Below, in pieces: positions 53,504 to 55,603 of a stretch of DNA of 55,603 nucleotides. The notes under the pieces were generated by a model. It did no database searches and was not told the DNA's origin. It saw only the letters and a program-made list of their open reading frames with translations. This DNA is from a virus (Duplodnaviria; Caudoviricetes): IMG/VR virus record IMGVR_UViG_3300044713_000025, positions 1-55,603 of that record; one strand, 5' to 3'. Made by a program: the position numbers and the translations under genes. Positions within the stretch are counted from its first letter, which is position 1. Each line of letters begins with the position of its first letter.

Positions 53504-53694
53504 GGCTTCTCGTCCGCCGATGCCCAGCACTTTGGTCGAAGCGCGTCCTTCAGTAAGGCTCGCACCTCCTCGCATTTTTCCTGCGATGGCATCGCGACGT
53601 GTGCTTCGTCAGAGTAGGTGCCATTACAGATCATCGGCATAGTATCCATGCTGCACGATGGATGGGTCAGCGCGAATACGAGAAACCAGTGCAT
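53500..53694 (-). CDS. Small Cys-containing, possibly exported protein
   Basis: Hydrophobic N-terminus; S.EKCE..C pattern. Confidence 0.55.
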   Translation of the reverse strand: MHWFLVFALTHPSCSMDTMPMICNGTYSDEAHVAMPSQEKCEEVRALLKDALRPKCWASADEKP

Positions 53695-53870
53695 TACGGC
53701 ACCCTCCTGCATGTCGATTGCCACGGAGGGATGTCAGCAAGCCCGGTGGGGAGCGCGGCTTGGTCCTTCTGGCACTGCTCCAGCGTGGCTTCCGTTCGGT
53801 GGTACTGGAAGCAAATGCCGGGATCAGTCTGAGCGCAGGCGAGCCAGACAAGGAGGTAATGAGGGTTCAC
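53694..53870 (-). CDS. Small Cys-containing, possibly exported protein (58 aa)
   Basis: My translation: MNPHYLLVWLACAQTDPGICF...TLEQCQ...STCRRVP; overlaps both neighbours. Confidence 0.55.
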   Translation of the reverse strand: MNPHYLLVWLACAQTDPGICFQYHRTEATLEQCQKDQAALPTGLADIPPWQSTCRRVP

Positions 53871-54259
53871 GACAGATCGTCGCGGCCGTCCGCTCGACGG
53901 CCGGTATTCGGCACAACCTGGACCGCACGGTCATCCCACAGTTCGACCATGCCATAGTCCTTCTTGTTCGTGACCGGCAGGCGAACGCCGAAGTGCTGCT
54001 CAGTCCAGTCCTGAATTATGCCGATGATCCGCTGAACGTCACGGAAAGCCTCGCCAGCAGGATTGCCCATCGCAACGGCTACGTCTCCGCCATCGGCGCG
54101 GGCGGTGAAGATACGCACGTCTCTCCCGTCTGCCAACCATGCACGCACTCGATTGGCCATGATCGGTATCGGGTCGCCGATATGCGTCTCGTGAACCCAG
54201 CCATCGTAATGGGCCAGGGTGCCGTCCAGATCGACGCCGATCCAGCCGTCTTTGCTCAC
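53867..54259 (-). CDS. HAD-superfamily phosphatase
   Basis: VDLDGTLA, IFTAR, TN.K, WDDRA. Confidence 0.85.
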   Translation of the reverse strand: MSKDGWIGVDLDGTLAHYDGWVHETHIGDPIPIMANRVRAWLADGRDVRIFTARADGGDVAVAMGNPAGEAFRDVQRIIGIIQDWTEQHFGVRLPVTNKKDYGMVELWDDRAVQVVPNTGRRADGRDDLS

Positions 54260-54750
54260 GGCTTCCCCGCCGCCAACGCTGGCGCTGCCCGCAGGACCAG
54301 CCGCGCGTTGTCAGGCGTGTAGACCGGCGCCTTCACCGGGGCGCCTGCGATGCCCACAGCGGCCGTGACCACTGGCAGCAGCGAAATAGCCGCCTGCACG
54401 ATGGCCGCTATCGCACCGCCGCCAGGGACGAACGACAGGGCGATCGGCGCGATGTCCTCCACGACGGTCACGATCTCCTGGACGGCCGAAGTGGCTGGCG
54501 TCGCGGTGGAAGTCGCAACCGTCGACGCCGCCTGCTGCAAGGCTACCACGTAGCTCTGTAGCTGCTTCAGCGTGGCGGCAGGGATGTTGGGGACGTCCTG
54601 GAGCGCGGTGACAACCGATGTCATGCCAGTGGCGATCAGGTTCACGTCGCTGGCGATCTGCGAGACGGTCGGGGACGTGGTGGAAGTCGTGCAGGCAGCA
54701 AGGGCGGACAGCCCCGATGTGCCCAGCAGTGCGCGGCGAGATAGGTTCAT
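54256..54750 (-). CDS. Lipoprotein with twin-arginine-like signal (spanin candidate)
   Basis: SRRALL...LAAC lipobox and a C-terminal hydrophobic segment. Confidence 0.7.
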   Translation of the reverse strand: MNLSRRALLGTSGLSALAACTTSTTSPTVSQIASDVNLIATGMTSVVTALQDVPNIPAATLKQLQSYVVALQQAASTVATSTATPATSAVQEIVTVVEDIAPIALSFVPGGGAIAAIVQAAISLLPVVTAAVGIAGAPVKAPVYTPDNARLVLRAAPALAAGKP

Positions 54751-55121
54751 GGCGATTGAGTTCCTTGGGTGAAAAGAGGAAGCGGGAACGGCGACTGTTG
54801 GTGCGCGCCACTCTTGCGAGCGGCCTTCTCGGCTTTCTGTCTGGCCTTCAGCGCAGCCTCTGCCTCACGCTGGAGGTTCCAGTCTGCATCAAGTTCGGCC
54901 ACTGCATCCTTGCTCGGCATGAGGTGCATGGGGATTTGCCGACGATAGCGCCAGCACAGACGGATCAGATGACGGCGCTGTGCCTCGGTCAGCGTAACGG
55001 CGTACTGAATGTCACGAGCAAACCGCTTGTGCGAGGAACCTGGCAGGAAAGTGCACTGGCCCAACGCGCGGCGCATCGCGTCATAGCGTGGGTCGATCGC
55101 ACTCTCTGCCGTACCGCTCAT
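54747..55121 (-). CDS. Hypothetical basic protein
   Basis: FLPGS..KRF.R, LTE.Q...L.RL.WRYRRQ. Confidence 0.65.
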   Translation of the reverse strand: MSGTAESAIDPRYDAMRRALGQCTFLPGSSHKRFARDIQYAVTLTEAQRRHLIRLCWRYRRQIPMHLMPSKDAVAELDADWNLQREAEAALKARQKAEKAARKSGAHQQSPFPLPLFTQGTQSP

Positions 55122-55218
55122 GGCTTCTGTTGTTCGTGCTGTGGCGGCTGGAAGCGCGCGCCAGCGAGGTTGTCGCTCGGCATGCGCGCGGTCAGCAGGA
55201 GAAGGAGGAGCAGGGCTT

Positions 55219-55554
55219 TCATGCTGCCGGTGGCGCTGGCTTCTGGTTGAAGTAGTTGCCCGACAGCCAACTCAGTGCCTGATACACCGAGCGCCACCAC
55301 GCAGGGGCCGTCGCCGCCGGCACCGGGATATACGGCATAATGTGCGTCAGGATGAAGCCGAACAGCCCGACAACCGCGATGATGCTGGCGGCATACTTGG
55401 ACAGGCCGAGCATTTGCAGTACCGCGAGCCACGTCGCCTGATCGGGAACTGGCACGGTAGGAAGTGGCGTTGCCGTCTGGGCAATCGCCAGCCCAAGGCA
55501 AAGAAAGCTGGCGAGTATGGCCAGCGCAAACGAACGGAATGTGAGTCGCTTCAC
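55219..55554 (-). CDS. Holin-like membrane protein
   Basis: Two to three hydrophobic helices; across the circular junction its GTG overlaps the acb2 stop codon. Confidence 0.55.
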   Translation of the reverse strand: MKRLTFRSFALAILASFLCLGLAIAQTATPLPTVPVPDQATWLAVLQMLGLSKYAASIIAVVGLFGFILTHIMPYIPVPAATAPAWWRSVYQALSWLSGNYFNQKPAPPAA

Positions 55555-55603
55555 GTGGTTTCCCCTTGTTGGATTTGGTCGAGTTCGGCGCCAAGGCGAA
55601 CGA
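55477..55603. repeat. Terminal direct repeat, copy 2 (circular assembly overlap)
   Basis: Identical to bases 1-127. Confidence 0.97.

Overview
This is an apparently complete, circularly assembled dsDNA tailed-phage genome of 55,476 unique bp; bases 1-127 are repeated exactly at 55477-55603. The structural module is podovirus-like (P22-style portal, adaptor, tail hub and ejection proteins; N4-gp56-like major capsid) and the early region has a lambdoid layout. GcrA, a DnaA C-terminal HTH protein and GC-rich coding DNA point to an alphaproteobacterial host. Most genes are on the minus strand: Cro and replication/regulatory genes, TerS, intein-containing TerL, head, tail and ejection genes, then lysis. 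Short plus-strand cassettes lie at about 1.3-2.2 kb, 41.6-43.2 kb and 47.9-52.7 kb (recombination). I recognised no integrase, CI repressor, DNA polymerase, helicase, primase, tRNA or CRISPR array. The main points of interest are: (1) a methyltransferase-GT9 glycosyltransferase fusion and a TylF-type sugar O-methyltransferase inside the virion operon, a candidate virion-glycosylation system; (2) several intergenic regions that look like folded RNAs, including an ornate ~800-nt element and a four-hairpin kissing-loop element; (3) a class 3 (WCT) intein beginning with Asp in the TerL Walker A motif; (4) an Acb2-like anti-CBASS sponge inside the lysis cassette; (5) a set of leaderless RHH/Cro regulators with one shared promoter geometry. 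All family calls come from motif recognition by eye and all RNA folds from manual pairing; none was computed.
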